A DNA stretch of 16,326 bases from Promethearchaeota archaeon (lineage in GTDB: Archaea > Asgardarchaeota > Lokiarchaeia > Sigyniarchaeales > SOKP01): positions 1 through 16,326 of the forward strand of contig JBHLME010000102.1 of assembly GCA_048938445.1 (NCBI GenBank), given 5' to 3'. Below, one piece after another: positions 16,191 through 16,326 of the stretch. The notes beneath the pieces are model-generated. The model was not told the DNA's origin. It saw only the letters and a list, made by a program, of their open reading frames with translations, and did not search any database. Made by a program: the position numbers and the translations under genes. Position 1 is the first letter of the stretch, and each line of letters begins with the position of its first letter.

Positions 16191-16326
16191 ATGTTGGACG
16201 CGGGTGTAGGTATAACCACAGAAAAAGATAGTTATTCTGCAGGGAAAATTGTTGCTAAAGAAGCTTTAGAGAATATGAGTGTAAAACCAAAATTAGCGAT
16301 ATTGGTTATAGACGCCCTTTCACGTA
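16191..16326 (+). CDS. Probable FIST (NosP-like) domain protein, N-terminal fragment
   Basis: Not in the ORF track. MLDAGVGITTEKDSYSAGKIVAKEALENMSVKPKLAILVIDALSR... is open to the edge and fits the GVG.S...D...AG..AA..AL....P.L N-terminus of FIST proteins. Confidence 0.7.
   Translation, partial: MLDAGVGITTEKDSYSAGKIVAKEALENMSVKPKLAILVIDALSR

Overview
AT-rich archaeal-type DNA. Two Roadblock/LC7 genes, a gelsolin-domain gene and a CxxC...CxH zinc-ribbon gene point to an Asgard archaeon, probably Lokiarchaeia (inference from gene content). Left to right: a truncated 2-TM/PH-like membrane gene (-); a membrane-anchored six-repeat Kelch-like beta-propeller (+); a 1.1-kb AT-rich gap hiding an unannotated 42-aa ORF (-) overlapped by a long antisense stem-loop; an SDR oxidoreductase and a 7-TM protein (+); a Zn-ribbon/possible DENN-like protein (-); six tandem ~183-aa paralogs resembling the H-NOX/V4R fold, each with an invariant His and its own TATA-like box (-); a bcd-etfB-etfA operon with ferredoxin-fused EtfA and electron-bifurcation signatures (-); and a divergent Roadblock-Roadblock-gelsolin cluster followed by a truncated FIST-like gene (+). 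The most striking element is the six-gene array of stand-alone H-NOX-like sensors. All family calls come from motif recognition by eye; no searches were run.
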